A stretch of DNA of 27,638 bases. It comes from Macrostomum lignano. Taxonomy: Eukaryota. Shown here piece by piece: positions 26,462 through 27,638 of this stretch. Position 1 is the stretch's first letter. Every line of letters starts with the position of its first letter. The position numbers were made by a program, and so were the translations under genes. The notes below the pieces were generated by a model. The model was not told the DNA's origin and ran no database searches. It was given only the letters and a program-made list of their open reading frames with translations. The stretch covers positions 1 to 27,638 of the forward strand of contig NIVC01005053.1 of assembly GCA_002269645.1 (NCBI GenBank), in the 5' to 3' direction.

Positions 26462-27115
26462 GTCGCTCTTTTTTCAGGGAAGCGAGGCCCTCCGAGCTCT
26501 GTTGAAAATAAGCTTGGAGCAATGATGACATGGCGTACAGTTGTGCATTTGCTTGCGATACGCAGTCCCACTTAGTAACTTGCAGTTGAGTTGATGTTGT
26601 TGAAACACGAAACTTGGTCAAGGGGCAAAGTGAACTTGTGACAACAGTGGATGAATTGTACCAGCATATCCTCTTGACTATTTAATCAGATCTGAGAGGG
26701 GGATTCACGTGAACTCGGAAACTCGACAAATTGAATGGGCTTTTCATGCCCTAAACAGTGACGCAAATAGGACTGGACACAGAGACTCGACAAATTGAAA
26801 CAGCGTCTGGTAGACAGTCAGATCAGGATGCTGGCTGAAGGTACATTGCAGTTAAATAGGACGTTGGAAAAATACCGTCTTGACCAAATTGATTGTGTAG
26901 ATCTCTCAACGAAAGTTTCTTCTTGGAAGGTTAAACTGCGTCGCTTCTTGATCTTCGTCCATCGTCTTGTTTAGTTCGAAGTTTTCCTTTACTGAAGGCA
27001 GGAAAGTCTCAGTTCTCGATTTACTCGGATGGCTGTGGAAGACATGCAGCAGAGCGATAACTGCATGGTGTCTGAGACTTCTGTCTAGCGACGACTCACG
27101 CGGTCAGTGGAACCA

Positions 27116-27562
27116 ATTGAAACGAAAAATTATATTGGTTTTTCCCATATTATAATCGTTTCCTTCTCCAACAGTTCAGAAGACAACGAACAATGGACTT
27201 GATGGTAACTTTCTCTGTGTGATCTCTAGAGTCACATTCTCAAACTTCAGGCGAGGATCTTTCCTCTTCAATCAGTATATTTTATAAGCTAGCACACTGT
27301 ACGCGAGCAACGAGGAATAGGAGCAGTAGGGAGAGAGAGTGGATTTCGAGGCCCAATAGCAGTGTCGGTCAGAGGTTGTGCATGCATCACGCGAGGGTCG
27401 CATGGCTGGGCTTCTTGCTCGCCGATCATCAGGACTATTTTTTAGCATGCAGATCTTGTGCATCTGGGAGTTGCTGCCAAGGCTGGATGCTTGTTCACGC
27501 ATCACGCGCGTGTCGGCTGATTTCTCCCATCCTCTTGCTAACGGCGCCTTCGTTTCACTTCA
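27116..27562. repeat. Copy 2 of the ~450-bp direct repeat
   Basis: Runs from ATTGAAACGA to GTTTCACTTCA, as in copy 1. Confidence 0.92.
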
Positions 27563-27638
27563 ATATGAAAGTACCTTGACAGTTGCTGGGTTGGCTTAAT
27601 GAAAATTCCCGCGCAACTTCTTTGTAAAAGCGTGAAAT

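Noticed and set aside
26013-27562. Second LTR retrotransposon with 450-bp LTRs
   Set aside because: No TG..CA termini, PBS, PPT or TSD, and the ~650-bp spacer has no gag/pol similarity.

Overview
Eukaryotic, intron-containing, repeat-dense genomic DNA. GC-rich exons, short GT-AG introns and abundant mini/microsatellites suggest an invertebrate, possibly a free-living flatworm such as Macrostomum (inference only). Most long ORFs in the supplied track are tandem-repeat artefacts. Supported contents, left to right: (1) a 5'-partial, 8-exon PP2C phosphatase gene of the PPM1H/J/M subfamily (+, ~222-7919), most of whose introns carry a different tandem repeat; (2) a compact RXR nuclear receptor gene with 3 coding exons (+, 9307-11099, 388 aa); (3) a weakly supported lectin-like gene relic with a microhomology exon duplication interrupted by a 964-bp hAT-type MITE; (4) a 1174-bp Mutator-like foldback element (9-bp TSD) whose interior reads as a decayed Tc1/IS630 transposase N-terminus; (5) a PAN-like plus fibrinogen-C (FReD) gene on the minus strand, with frameshifts; (6) a decayed LINE RT 3' fragment; (7) a full-length 4598-bp Ty3/Gypsy (Mag-like) LTR retrotransposon with identical-looking 198-bp LTRs and a 5-bp TSD, inserted in a pyrimidine minisatellite; (8) a ~450-bp dispersed direct repeat. 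No rRNA, tRNA or CRISPR is evident, and I found no clearly new multi-gene system. The best leads are the chimeric transposon, the RXR substitutions and the repeat-inflated introns. All protein family comparisons are from memory, not database searches.
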